Positions 44,958 through 60,233 of a stretch of DNA of 64,000 nucleotides are shown piece by piece. Position 1 is the stretch's first letter, and each line of letters begins with the position of its first letter. Origin of the DNA: the human T2T-CHM13v2.0 reference genome, Homo sapiens; the NCBI RefSeq assembly GCF_009914755.1, contig NC_060932.1; one strand, given 5' to 3'. Below the pieces are notes generated by a model. It was not told the DNA's origin. It did not search any database and worked only from the letters and a program-made list of their open reading frames with translations. The position numbers were made by a program, and so were the translations under genes.

Positions 44958-47900
44958 CAAAAAACCTTGATTCTTATATTGCCATCCTCTCTTGCTGTCC
45001 TAAGGATCTTTCTTAAGTAGCAGAATCAATATTTCACCCTTAGGTTATCTGCTCATTATCTATCTCAAGGAATCTGCAAATGTCTTCCAACCCTGTCAGT
45101 GGTGCTAGGGGGAAGGATTTGGCACACTTTCCCTTTATCAGATCATCTTCTGAACATTCCTATTAGGCTTTTCTCTCATCCTTAGGCCCAAGTTTCTAAT
45201 GTGACTTCATCTTGCCTGTACATAAAAAAGGTGTTCAACTTGGTCCCATTACTGAAACACTTGAAGAAACTGGATAATAAAATCATCCCATTAATTTTAA
45301 TTACATGTATATGGATTAATTATTTTGAAGAAATTTTGCATGCATGATATCATGAGCAACAAAACCTCTTCTTTAGAATAAGACAATGTTGAAATAAATG
45401 AATGGCATCAAGTTCCTAAAAGCAACTCAGTATGCAGAGCTATTAAGTACTGTCCTCATTTTGTAGAAAAGTACATGGAAACACAGAAAATCTGCTCTTA
45501 CCAGCCAGTAAGCTGGTCACTCAGAGCTGCAGCAGCTTCCAGGAACCCTGGCTCCTGTTCTCTTCCTCGTCTCTGACACCTGATGCTATGTGAAAAGTAG
45601 GCTATGAGTTCCTCAGCACCTCACCGTCGGTCTTTACTGCCATCGTTTTGATGATATAGTAGAATAATTGTGTGAAAAACACTTGACTCTGATAATCAGT
45701 TCCCTATTAAACACCAAGTAAATACACGCATAATTATTTCATGAACATTTATTGTCCTATAATTAAAGGAATGATAAATGTAGTCTTTCATCTTAATGAG
45801 CTTTCTGTCTAGTGGGTGAAAAAACAGACATGTAAGTCAGTGTGGTGACATGCCTAAACCTATATGCAAAGTAACGTGAGAGCACTGAAGAGGGATTAAT
45901 TTTACTGAATCTTAAATTGTGGCTGATTATTTACATTTTAAAATATTTGAATGCATGGATATGTTTATTCAGCTAAACAGGACCTCCAAAGCTGATTCTA
46001 GAGTACAGAATATATTTTCCTGGGATTTTGTTGATTTATATTGTGTTTTACTATTAGTGACAACTTGAAAACAGAACTTCTATTGCTCACAAACGATTGT
46101 AGTGCAATTTGGATTTGGATATCTGTTCTAATATGAAAACTCTACATGACCATTTTCCTTCTTGTCTGCAAGGAATTATTGTGATCTCTGGTGTATTGCA
46201 AATGAGACCATAGCCCATACCCGAGGGTTGCCACAGTAGATAGTTTTCAGTAAATATTGTAAAATACTAGATTGCCCAAGATTGTTCTTGAGATTGAGAG
46301 AGGATGCTGTGATAGACTGCATATGCGTGTTCCTCTTGATTCAGAAATACAGACAGATGGATATCTATCTACCACACAAATATAGACGCAATGATTTTCT
46401 TTGCAAAACCATTAAAGTCACATGTGAAACAGTATACACTTAACACATTATTTTTAGATCATCACCAAACACAAGAATATCAGCTTATTAATAAGATTTG
46501 AGCAATTACAACAAAACAGAACCAAAGAAAATTCCAAAAATTGATAAAGAATGGGCATTGAAATAGAATTTTCTAACACACTAAAATCTTAACCATGTAT
46601 GACACACGGTTAGTGAACATTCATGGTGTTGTGTTGACTGGAGAGCTGTCTGTATATATAGTACAGGCTGTTTGAGCATGAAATAGAAAGGCATGAGCTT
46701 TATTTTACACCCTGAGAAAAACTTGCTTTGAGACTTTAGTCAAGTCAGTTTTTCTAGGATTCAGTGTATGCCTATGCTTAATTGGGCAGTAGACTTCATG
46801 ATTTCTAAACACCAATCTACTAAATGAAAAGGTACCTGAGGTAGGGTAGAGTTACACATGTGGTATAAAAAGCCTGCACCAGCTGATATACTAGGTCACC
46901 ATAGGTGAGTAATTTCAAATATGTAAGCTTCAGTTTCTCAAACATTCACTTGGGAAGAGTGATACCTAGATTGATATGTTGCTTAACTCAAAGACTGCAC
47001 ATATTGTTTAAAGATCCTTTAAAGATTTGTTAGGTGGCCAATAAAATTTCATTCGTTGTTCATCAATTCATTTATTATGTGATGTCAACAATGATTCCTA
47101 TTGCACTATTGTCTCTACCAAATGGATCAGCTTTGACTTCCTCATATTTCTTAGTAACATGACTCTCAAAGTGTGATAATTGGGATGCCTTAATCAATTG
47201 CCAAGGCCCATTCCTATCTCAATAAAATAGGCATATTTAAAGAGCAAGACCAAGATTTTGCCTCTAGTCAGAAAAAGTATCATCATGAAGAATATCATAG
47301 TTATTTAAGGACTAAATAAAAACTGCATGAGTAAAAAATTATTTCTGTAAAGTTTAGACCAGATGGAACACAAAAATCGGAATTCAAAACTAATTAAATG
47401 GCCATAAATATTAGAATATAATTATAGGATTTCCCTTTCAAATTCCCTTAAAAACTATAACATAATTTTATTTGATTATGGGTATAGTGTTATATGAGGA
47501 CTAAAAACTAGATTACTTCCTAAATCTTTTGTTAATGTTAAGGAATAAGAAGAAAAACAGTTTTCAGTGTTGTAATAATAGGCACACAAGTAGTACAGTA
47601 AAATAAACTATAAATAATAATAGAATAAACTATAAATATTACTCACCTTTATCATACATTCATATGGTTTTGCGTTTTACAATGTCACCCCACTGTGTGG
47701 ATTCCACATAAAGCCCTTGAAGTAAATGTAAACAAAGAGCACTATTAACCATCCTAGACCAGCAGAAACTCAGAAACAGAAGGAAATGCCAGGCTGATGC
47801 TACAAACTGAGTTTGTTCTTATTCTAATTGATGGTTGCAGATCCATTACCAAGTTTATAGTAGTCTCACTTTTATTACTAGAAAGGTAATTAAGTTTCTC

Positions 47901-48529
47901 ACAAAAATATGCTCTATTAAATGAAAATGAAAATGTATAATGAGAATTGCACTTATCTTAGGAGAAAAAAATCATAAAGAAGAAATCTTTATTTGGGGCT
48001 CAGAAAAATAAAATATTTGTAAACCGTGTAATATTGATATTTCTTTGCACTAAGTTTATTTACCCTCAAAATACATATAAGCCCCTGTAATGAAAGTTCC
48101 TGTGTAAACCATGTCAATATTTTAGCAATTTTGACTGAGAGAAATTCTAGCTAACCTGAAATTCCCTATGTTTTAAGCTGTCAGAACTATAATTTATGAT
48201 ATTGCTTTAGGAGGAAAACTGTAGTGGTAGCATTTGTTAAAACATAAAACAAAAACTTGTGTTTACATATGGTAGCAGAAGAGAAGACTGAGAGAAGCCC
48301 AGTTTGGTTTTAGGAAAATGTTTCTATCACCTTTGTTAGATCAGATGACTGAAAGAAGAAGCCAGCTACATGGCTGTGCCCAGAGTTGTAGACAGCCTGG
48401 GTGAGGTGTGCTCAACCTAGCCTGTTGGTAACAGTCCTGGAATAGCCATAAGGGGACAAAGGATGAGGACAGTTAACAGTTCCATGATCAAGAACAGAGA
48501 CGAAGACAATGCTGATTTGGGACTAAGGT

Positions 48530-48680
48530 GAAAGTTAGTTTTTTATGTATTTAAAATGATAATTTGTTCAACATGGAGTTTTTGTGTAAAAATTTTATTT
48601 ACAAATGCAGTAACATACTATTTTCCTTGATTACTGAGTCTTCAGTATTTGCTTAAATCATGCGCCCAGAGCAAGTGACA
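48530..48680 (-). mobile_element. MER91-like hAT-Tip100 fragment
   Basis: 'cttgattactgagt...ttaaatcatgcgcccagagcaagtg'. Confidence 0.55.
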
Positions 48681-50458
48681 AAGCCTTATAACTGAGTGTA
48701 AATCCCAGCTTAGGCTCTGTGGGATGTTCAGGGTCTGATGTGGGAAAAACATTTATTGCAGAAAGCAGGGACCACGCTTGGGGTTAGGTTTCAAGGGTGC
48801 TTTGGTCACGTGGGCTTAAAGACTGGATAAACAAGAATTCATTGACTTAGGGAACTTATTTGGGACATGAGATTTAACACCCTGGCAAGGACTCACTGCC
48901 AGAGTGGATTTTAGAAGCCTGGAAAAGTGATCAGCTTTTGGTGAAGTAGAAATTCTACGTGACTCCAGCAGATAGGAGAAGAATAGATTATCGGAAAGAA
49001 GACACTTAGGGATAGCCAGAGCCCACCAGATACCTATGTTGCATAAGGAGCCCAGAGGATGTCTGTGATGTCCTGGTGAGAGGAAGTTGGCTAGTGACTC
49101 TCCTCTGCAGGTTACAGTGATGGTGGGAAAGGCATGCACAGAGACGTCCTTTTTTTATAGCCGAGGACATTGAGGCCAGTGGGCAGCTCTGAACCACCAC
49201 CAGCAGCCACAAGGTCACCATGACTAACATAGCAAGTTCACAGGGAAGCTAAAGGGTTGACTTCAGTGAGTGGAGGAAATGGTTAACAGAGCACAGGGAC
49301 CCTGGGGGCAAACTAGGAAGCCCACATGGGTGCTGCTTAATATCTACTACAACAAAATATAAAATAAAATAAAATAAAAAACTGTGTTGGAGGAGGGTAA
49401 GGGTGATTGCCCCACTAAAAATCCCTTGTCTGTCCTTCTCAGATGTGGCAGGTCCCTTGAAGAAAAGATCTTGCAACAGCAAAGCAGGTACATAGCAGGA
49501 TGATTCCCCCAATCTTTCCCCAGAGGGTTCTAAGGCCATTCACTCAAATGGCTGTACCCTGGGGAAAGGGAAACAACCAGGCCTTTTGCATTTATTAGGC
49601 ATAGAATCTCAGTAGATGTTATCCCCAAAAACCCAAGGGGCCAGAATGGTTAGAGTGGGCCGTGGTATATTCAGATAATCAATGAAGTATGAGTACAGAA
49701 CAGCCAGAAGTACTCTGGAGCAACCCGCTGGTATTTTCAAGGCCCTGGAGAGTATAATGGCAACCAGTATACTTGGCCCTACACATTGGGTCTTGCCAGA
49801 TGATGTAAGGGATAATGAGGAGGGCCACATGGAAGGAAACCTCTAAAATTGCCTCCTGCCTCATTAATATAGTAAATAAAAAAGAGTGTCATACCCCAGA
49901 CAATGGCTGATACTAGTGCCACCCTTAAAAACCTAAAGGCTGCAGGGTGGCGCTTTCCATCACAAATCCATTTACTCACCAGCCTCACCTGATCCTGCAG
50001 ATTCAACCAGGAGACAGCCGTGATCACAGCTGCTGTCCCAGAAGTGGTACTGTAGTCAGCACACACTGCGAGGCCTCAGATGTGGGGTGTGCAGCCATTA
50101 ATTTGGTGACTTTTGTAAAAAAAAATTCTAATTAGAGAAGGGCATCAGAAACAGCCCACATTTGTATGGGAGGATTACAATTTCATTTATGGTTTTGCTA
50201 CAGGACTCTGTTACCTCTCTTTCCTTCTGTCATTATTAGTCCAAAAGCACTAAGACTGCCTGGACATGCCAGGGTGTGGTGCATCGCCCTGGTCTAGGAC
50301 ATTCCAGCACTGTATGGTTGGAGAGGAGGGGCGGGAGATGGCTAGTGTGCTGAAGGACCTGAGAGGACATGCGTGCCCCACAGGGTGGGAGGTCAACTTT
50401 AGGTAAAGTTTTTAGGGGTCTAATTATGAGGAAAATTCTACAGTAATTTACTCTCAAG

Positions 50459-53400
50459 TGTTAAAAGAAAAAAAAAACTTCAGATCAATTTAATAGCATT
50501 TACTAGACAAAAAACAATTAGCAAATGGATTGGCCCTCAAAGCCAGAAGCAGTTGTGAGAGCTTCCCTCTGTAACCTGGGCGCCGTGTACTTACAGACAG
50601 AAAACAGAAGGAGGCAGGGAAACAGCTCCATTTGTCACAGCTCTGCACTTGCCTTACTTGGACACAGTCTGATTTACTGGCAGCCTCTGATTGGCTGAAG
50701 CTCGACTGCTGTAATGGGCTGAGAATCACCTATTTGTTACAAAAAAATGTACTCCTAAGTTAGTCTTTTTTTTTTTTTAATTAAACTTTAAGTTCTGGGA
50801 TACATGTGCAGAAAGAGCTGGTTTGTTACATAGATAAATGTGTTCCATGGTGGTTTTCTGCACCCATCCACCCATCATCTAGGTTTTAAGCCCCACGTGC
50901 CTTAGGTATTTTTCCTAATGCTCTCCCTCCCTTTGCCCGCCAACCCCCAACAGGCCTCAGTGTGTGATGTTCTCTTCCTTGTGTCTGTGTTCTCATTGTT
51001 CAACTCCTACTTATGAGTGAGAACATGCAGTGTTTGGTTTTCTGTTCCTGTGTTAGTTTGCTGAGAATGATAGTTTCCAGCTTCATTCATGTCCCTGCAA
51101 AGGACACAAATTCATTCTTTTTTATGGCTGCATAGTATTCCATGGTGTATATGTGCCACATTTTCTTAATCCAGTCTATCATTGATGGACATTTGGGTTG
51201 GTTCCAAGTCTTTGCTGTTGTGAATAGCACTGCAGTAAACATACCTGTGCATGTGTCTTTATGGTAGAATGATTTATAATCCTTTGGGTATATATGCAGT
51301 AATGGGATTGCTGGGCCAAATGGTATTTCTGGTTCTAGATCTTTGAGGAATCGCCACAGTCTTCCACAATGATTGGATTAATTTACACTCCCACCAACAG
51401 TGTAAAAGCATTCTTATTTCTCCACATCCTCTCCAGCATCTGTTGTTTCCTGACCTTTTAATGATCGCCATTCTAACTGGTGTGAGATGGTATCTCATTG
51501 TGGTTTTGATTTGCATTTATCTAATGATCTGTGATGATGGGCTTTTATTCATGTGTCTGTTGGCTGCATAAATGTCTTCTTTCAAGAAGTGTCTGTTCAT
51601 ATCCTTTGCCCACTTTTTGGTGGGGTTGTGTTTTTCTGGTAAATTTGTTTAAGTTTCTTGTAGATTCCGGATATTAGACCTTTGTCAGATGGATAGATTG
51701 CCAAAATTTTCTCCCATTCTGTAGGTTGCCTGTTCACTCTGATGACAGTTTCTTTTGCTGTGCAGAAGCTCTTTAGTTTAATGAGATCCCATTTGTCAAT
51801 TTTGGCTTTGTTGCCATTGCTTTGGTGTTTCAGTCATGAAGTCTTTGCCTATGCCTGTCCTGAATGGTATTGCCTAGGTTTTCTTCTAGAGTTTTCATGG
51901 TTTTTGGTTTTACATTTTAGTCTTTAATCCATCTTGAGTTAATTTTTGTATAAGGTGTAAGGAAGAAGTCCAGTTTCAGTTTTCTGCATATGGCTAGCCA
52001 GTTTTCCCAGCACCATTTATTAAATAGGAAATCCTTTAACCATTGCTTGTTTTTGTCAGGTTTGTTGAAGATCAGATGGCCGTAGATGTGTGGTGTTGTT
52101 TCTGCGGCCTCTGTACAGTACCGTTGGTCTATGTATCTGTTTTGGTACTATTACTGTACTGTTTTGGTTACTGCAGCCTTGTAGTATAGTTTGAAGACAG
52201 GTAGCATGATGCCTCTAGCTTTGTTCTTTTTGCTTAAGATTGTCCTGACTATACGGGCTCTTTTTTGTTCCACATGAAATTTAAAGTAGTTTTTTTCTAG
52301 TTCTGTGGAGAAAGTCAATTGTAGCTTGATGGTAACAGCATTGAATCTATAAATTACTTTGGGCAGTATGGCCATTTTCCAGGATATTGAATCTTCCTAT
52401 TCATGAGCATGAAAAGTTTTTCCATTTATTTGTGTCCTATCTTATTTCCTTGAGCAGTGGTTTGTAGTTTTCCTTGAAGAGGCCCTTCACGTCCCTTGTA
52501 AGTTGTATTCCTAGGTATTTTATTCTCTTTGTAGCAAATGTGAATGAGAGTTCACTCATGATTTGGCTCTCTGTTTGCCTATTACTGGTGTATAGTAATG
52601 CATGTGATTTTTGCACATTGATTCTGTATCCTGAGACTGCTGAAGTTGCTTATCAGCTTAAGGAGTTTTGGGTCTGAGACGACAGGTTTTCTAAATATAA
52701 AATCATGTCTTCTGCAAACAGAGACAAGTAGACTTCTTCTCTTCCTATTTGAATACCCTTTACTTCTTTCTCTTGCCTGATTGCCCTGGCCAGAACTTCC
52801 AATACTATGTTGAATTGGAGTGGTGAGAAAGGGCATCCTTGTCTTGTGCCGGTTTTCAAAGGAATGCTTCCAGCTTTTGCCCATTCAGTATGATATTGGC
52901 TATGGGTTTGTCATAAATAGCTCTTACTATTTTAAGATACATTCCATCAATACCTAGTTTATTGAGTGTTTTTAGCCTGAAGGGGTGTTGAATTTTATCA
53001 AAAGCCTTTTCGGCATCTATTGAGATACTCATGTGGTTTTTGTCATTGGTTCTGTTTATGTGATGGATTACATTTATTGATTTGAGTATGTTGAACCAGC
53101 CTTGTATCCCAGGGATGAAGCCAACTTGATTGTGCTGGATAAGCTTTTTGATGTGCTGCTGGATTCAGTTTGCCTGTTTTTTATTCAGGATTTTCATATC
53201 AATTTTCTCAGGGATATTGGCCTGAATTTTCTTTTTTTGTCGTGTCTCTGACAGGTTTTGGTATCAGGATGATGCTGGCCTCATAAAATGAGTTAGGGAG
53301 GATTCCCTCTTTTTCTATTGTTTGGAATAGTTTCAGAAAGAAGGGTACCAGCTCCTGTTTGTACATCTGGTAAAATTTGGCTATGAATCCATCTGGTCCT

Positions 53401-56104
53401 GAGCTTTTTTGGTTGGTAGGCTATTAATTACTGCCTCAATTTCAGAACTTGTTATTGGTCTATTCAGAGATTCAACTTCTTCCTGGTTTAGTCCTCGGAG
53501 AGTATGTGTGTCCACGAATTTATGCATTTCTTCTAGATTTTCTACTTTATTTGTGTAGAGGTGTTTATAATGTTCTTTGATGATAGTTTGTATTTCTGCA
53601 GGATCAGTGGTGATGTCCTCTTTATCATTTTTATTGTGTCTATTTGATTCTTCTCTCTTTTCTTCTATATTAGTCTGGATAGCCGTCTATCTATTTTATT
53701 ACTCTTTTCCAAAAAACACTTCCGGATTATTGAATTTTTGAAGGGTTTTTCATGTCTCTCCTTCATTTCTGCTCTGATCTTAGTTATTTCCTGTCTTCTG
53801 CTAGCTTTTGAATTTGTTTGCTCTTGCTTCTCTAGTTCTTTTAATTGTGATGTTCAGGTGTCAATTTTAGATCTTTCCTGCTTTCTGATGTGGGCATTTA
53901 GTGCTATAAATTTTCCTCTAAACACTGTTTTAGCTGTGTCCCAGAGATTCTGGTACATTGTGTCTTTGTTCTCCTTGTTTTCAAAGAACTTATTTATTTC
54001 TGCCTCAATTTCATTATTTACCCAGTAGTCATTCAGGAGCAGGTTGTTCAGCTTCCATGTAGTTTTGTGGTTTTGAGTGAGTTTCTTAATCCTAAGTTCT
54101 AATTTGATTGCACTGTGGTCTGAGACACTGTTTGTTAAGATTTTCATTCTTTTGAATTTGTTGAGGAGTGTTTTACTTCTAATTATGTGGTAGATTTTAG
54201 AATAAGTGCTGTGTGGTACTGGGCCTTATTGTTAGAAGGAAAACAAAAAAGAAAGTAATAACATTAACATCAGCAAATGTATGCTCACAGAAAAACCCCA
54301 TCCAAAGGCCATCAGCATCAAAATCAAAGATTGATAAACCCATGAAAATGAGGAAAAACCGGCACAAAAATACTGTAATTTCCAAAAACCAGAATGCCTC
54401 TTCTCCTCCAAATGACTGCAACTTTTCTCCCGCAAGGGTACAAAACTGGATGGAGAATGAGTTGGACGAATAGACAAAAGTAGGCTTCAGAAGGTGGGTA
54501 ATAACAAACTTCTCTGAGCTAAAGAGCATGTTCTAACCCAATGTAAGGATGCTAAGAAACTTGATAAAGGTTACAGGAACTGCTAACTAGAATAGCCAAT
54601 TTAGAGAAGAACATAACTGACCTGATGGAGCTGAAAAACACAGCACGAGAATTTCGTGAAGCATACAAAAGTATCAAGAGCTGAATTGATCAAGCGAAAG
54701 AAAGGATATCAGAGATTAAATATCAACTTAATGAAATAAAGCATGAAGAGAAGATTAGAGAAAAAAGAATGAAAAGGAACAAACAAAGCCTCCAAAAAAT
54801 ATGGGACTATGTGAAAAGACCAAACTACAATTGATTGGTGTACCTGAAAGTGATAGGGAGAATGGAACCAAGTTGAAAAACACACTTCAGGATATTATCC
54901 AGGAGAACTTCCCCAACCTAGCAAGACAGGCCAACATTCAAATTCAGGAAATACAGAGAACACTACTAAGATATACCTCGAGAAGAGCAACCCCAAGACA
55001 CATAATCATCAGATTCTCCAAGGTTGAAATGAAGGAAAAAATGTTAAGGGCAGCCAGAGAGAAAGGTCAGGTTACCTACAAAGGGAAGCCCATAAGACTA
55101 ACAGGGGATCTCTCTGCAAAAACCCCTCAAGCCAGAAGAGAGTGGGGCCAATATTCAACATTCTAAATGAAAATAATTTTCAACCCAGAATTTCATATCC
55201 GGCCAAACTAAGGTTCATAACTGAAGGAGAAATAAAATCCTTTGCAGACAAGCAAATGCTGAGAGATTTTGTGACCACCAGGCCTGCACTAAAAGAGCTC
55301 CTGAAGGAAACACTTAAATATGGAAAGGAAAAACTGGTACCAGTCACTGCAAAAACATACCAAAATATAAAGACCAATGATACTATGAAGAAACTGCATC
55401 AACTAATGTACAAAACAACCAGCTAGCATCATGATGACAGGAACAAATTCACACATAACAATGTTAACCTTAAATGTAAGTGGGCTAAATGCCCCAATTA
55501 AAAGACACAGATTGACAAATTGTATAGTCAAGACCCATCGGTGTGCTATATCCAGGAGACCCAATTCACGTGCAAAGACACACATAGGCTCAAAATAAAG
55601 GGATGGAGGAGTATTTACCAAGCAAATGGAAAGCAAAAAAAAAAAAGCAGGGTTTGCTTTTTTTACAGTCTGATAAAACAGACTATAAACCAACAAAGAT
55701 CAAAAAGAACAAAGAAGGGCATCACATAATGGTAAAGGGATCAATGAAACAAGAATAGCTAACTATGGTAAATATATATGCACCCAATACAGGAGCACCC
55801 AGATTCATAAATCAAGTCCTTAGAGACCTACAAAGAGACTTAGACTCCCACACAATAGTAGTGGGAGACTTTAACACCCCACTGTCAATATTAGAGAGAT
55901 CAATGAGAGAGAAAATTAGCAAGTATATTCAAGACATGAACTCAACTCTGGACCAAGCAGACCTTAGAAACATCTACAGAATTCTCCACCCCAAATCAAC
56001 AGAATAAGTTAGTCTTTCAGTTGGTTTACATACTAAGTTAGTTGGAGTTGGTCACTTAGTGACTCAACGTATGCAGTCATCCGTAGGCAAAATTTAGTTT
56101 AACA
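50459..56104 (-). mobile_element. MER57/LTR54-like ERV1 solo LTR split by an L1 (50459-50768 and 56005-56104)
   Basis: TGTTAA...TTAACA termini; 4-bp TSD CAAG at 50455-50458 and 56105-56108; 'cagccaatcaga' boxes on minus. Confidence 0.85.
50766..56006 (-). mobile_element. L1PA7/8-like LINE-1 with 5' inversion (minus 50766-~54221, plus ~54222-56006)
   Basis: TSD TAAGTTAGTCTTT at 50756-50768 and 56005-56017; ORF2 on minus; end of 5' UTR, ORF1 and EN start on plus. Confidence 0.95.
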
Positions 56105-56126
56105 CAAGTAAAAAACACACTTCTGC

Positions 56127-56290
56127 ATTTTTTATTTTTTCTTTAGAGAAAGGGTCTCACTCTGTCACCTGAGCTGGAGTGCAGTGGGGTGATCATAGCT
56201 TGCTGCAGCCCCCACTTCCTGGTTCAAGTGATCCTCCCTCTGCCGTGGACCCCAAAGCTGGAGTTACAGCTTGCAGCCACTGCATCCAGC
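56127..56290 (-). mobile_element. Alu monomer (FRAM/AluJ right-arm-like)
   Basis: 'gggtctcactctgtcacc..gatcatagcttgctgcagcc...gccactgcatccagc'; single arm; degenerate TSD aca.act...gcattt. Confidence 0.8.
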
Positions 56291-58736
56291 ACAAACTGGG
56301 GCATTTAAAACCTCTTCTCACAAAGTAGGAAGCATGGCACCTCAAGCCTTTTTGGGTTCTGGGGGCAACAGATCCCACACCTGGAAATTCTGCTCTGGTC
56401 CGTGTTCTGGATAACATGGGAGGTCACGTATACTCTTCTGTTGTCCATTATAACTATGGGCAGATACATGCAGCAACCCCATACTGAGAAAGGTGTCATC
56501 CCTGGGAGTGAAGATTTGAGTCACAACACCAATGAAGCTACCAAGGCTGGCTGAGCTACGGCAAAGGAAATTCATAGCAGCCATGGAGGAGGGAGAGGAT
56601 GAGTAAAGGTGCTCCAAGATCAATTGACAGGAGCAAGGTCTGTTGTGGAGAATGTGAAGACATTGTCTCCAACATGGGGAGAGAAAGGAGTTTGTACAGC
56701 ATGTGAGTGGACTGTGGCGGCATTGAGAATGCCATTGACTCCAGGGACAGTAATAGCCAAGGCTCCAGTGGCTAAGTTTGAATTCCAGTGCAGTCATGCT
56801 TTCCCAGGAGGCACACTAAGGTACATGCTCCCTGGGAGACAGGGACTCTATGACAACCTTTCCAGGCTAAGCCATGCGGATATGGAGCATAAAGGAAATA
56901 ACTGAACTACAGCTATGGTTTCTATAATAGCGTTAGGACTGCACAAGTTCCATATTTCTTCTTGAACATATTGGTAGTTTGTGACTTCAAAGAAATTTTT
57001 AATTCCATTGAAGTTGTCAAACTTAATGCATGAAGATTTTCATAATATTCCCATTTTTAGCATCTGTAGAATACATAGCAATGTCATCTCTCTTATTTCT
57101 GATATTAGTAATTTGTGTTATCTTTCCTTTTACCTGATCCAGTTTTTTCAAGAGGCCTCAAAAAAAGTCTCAAAGAATCAGCTTTTGGTTTTACAATTTT
57201 TGTAATGCTTGTCTATTTTCTATGTCATTGATGAGTAGTTTGATTTTTATTATTTCCTTTCTGGAGCTTAGCTTGGATTTTATCTGCTTTTCTTTTTGTA
57301 GTGACTTAAAATGTCTATTAAATTGCTGATTTTAGAGCTTTCTCCTTTTTACTATAGAAGTTTAATGCTATGAAAGTCCCCCTAAATACTATTTTCAGAA
57401 TCTCACAGATTTTGATATGTTGTTTTTTTTTATTTCATTAAATTGAAAATCAATTATTTCTTTTCTTGACTTCTTGTTATGGCCCATGGGATTTATAAAA
57501 CTGTGTTATTCAGTTTGTGTATACTTAGAATATTTTAAGATGTTATTTTATTATTGAATTCTAATTTAATTCTATTTTGACCGGATAATATACTTTGTAT
57601 GAGGTAATTTATTCTTAAATTTATTGAGACTTGTTTCATGGTTCATAATATGTTTTACATAGATAAAGGTTTTGTGTGTATCTTTAAAAAAATAAAGTTT
57701 TGCCTGTTTTCAATTTGTCCCATCTTCTTTGTTCCATTTTTCTTCTCTTTTTGTCTTAAGACTAATTACATTTTATGATTCTATTTCATTTTCTCTCTGG
57801 ACTATAACTTGTGGTAATGTGCTTTAAGGTTTAAAAGTTTGTATCTTTAATTTATCACTGTCTATCTTTAAGTGATATACAAATTTAAAACAAAATAGTA
57901 TAATTTATTTCACCCTTTTTAACCTTTGGTTATTGCTATCATAACATTTATTTTAAATATGTTTTAAAAACCAATATTTGTATAAACACTTAAATGTTAA
58001 TGATATTTAAATAATAAAATAGTGATACAGAATAACTTATATTTACCCATATATTTATAATTTCTGGTGCTTCTGCTTTTGAGTAGTTCCGTATTTCCAT
58101 CTGTTATCATCTTCCTTCTGCGCGAAGGACTTCTTTTCACATATCTTTCCATTGAAACACTCTTGGTGATGAATTCTTTCAGTTTTTGTATATTTGAAAA
58201 GTCTTCATTTCACTGTTATTCTTGAAATATATTTTCCTTGCAAAAATAATTCTAAATTGAAAGTTTATCTCTCTCAGTAATATTGAGGTGTTACTCCAGT
58301 CTTTTAATGTACAATGTTTTAGATGATAAATTTGTTGCCATTCTTATCATTAATCTACTGTATGTAATTTGTCTTTATTCCTTGGCTGTTTATAAAAATT
58401 TCTAAATACCACTGGTTCTGAGCAATTTGATTATAGTATGACTTAATGTAGTTTGTTCATATTTATTGTGCTTTGGCTGCACTGAGCTTCTTACTTCTGC
58501 AGTGTTAATAATTTTCATAGAATTAGAAAATTTTAGGACATTATGCTTTAAAATATATTTTTCTTTCTCTCTTTCAGAGTCTCCAATTATACAACTATTA
58601 GGTTCTTGAAAACTGTGCCTCAGGTTAATGATGCTCTGTTAATTATTTCTATTCTTTTTACATCACTGTACGTTTCAATGTAATTTTTTTATCACTTTGT
58701 CTTTAAATTCACTAATTCCACATTTTACATATATAA

Positions 58737-59416
<680 letters not shown>

Positions 59417-59899
59417 TGATCTTTTCATATACCGATTTTAAGATTAGGTGAGACTAGAACTGTGCTTAGCTTAGGACTAAGTTTTTCCTACTACTAAGAC
59501 AACATTCTTCTGAGTACTCTGATCAATGCCCCAAGAAACCTATTACTATGTCCCCTAAACTAACTAGCATTCCTTTGGTTTACTTGGAATCTTAGCTCCA
59601 TTTCCTCAACTCAGGAAGTTTCCTCAGCTCTACGTGCATCCCCTTTCCCTGAGTCACGGTGGGGAAACTTACCCAAGGGAGTATGCTTCCACCACAGTAG
59701 CACTAAGAGCTCAATGATGCTCAGTGCCTTGAAAGAGTGTTTTATGTATTTATTCTTTTTTAAAGTTGTTTTAAGGCGTGAGAGTAAATCCAGTCTTTGT
59801 GTATTCCAGTATCTTCTGGCTTTCATGGTTTCACATGAACGCTCAGCTGTTATTCTTCCTGTTAAATGTAGCATGCCTTTATTCTCTACCTGCTCTTAG

Positions 59900-60233
<334 letters not shown>

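Larger units (their letters stand above)
48780..56900 (+). mobile_element. Second ERVL gag-pro-RT remnant (48780-50458, resuming 56109-56900)
   Basis: 'ctgtaccctggggaaagggaaacaaccaggcctttt', 'gccacccttaaaaacctaaaggctgcagggtgg', then 'tttttgggttctgggggcaacagatcccacacctgg' after the inserts. Confidence 0.7.

Noticed and set aside
56342-56797. 151-aa minus-strand ORF
   Set aside because: Antisense to a decayed ERVL pol in locally GC-richer DNA; no recognisable domain
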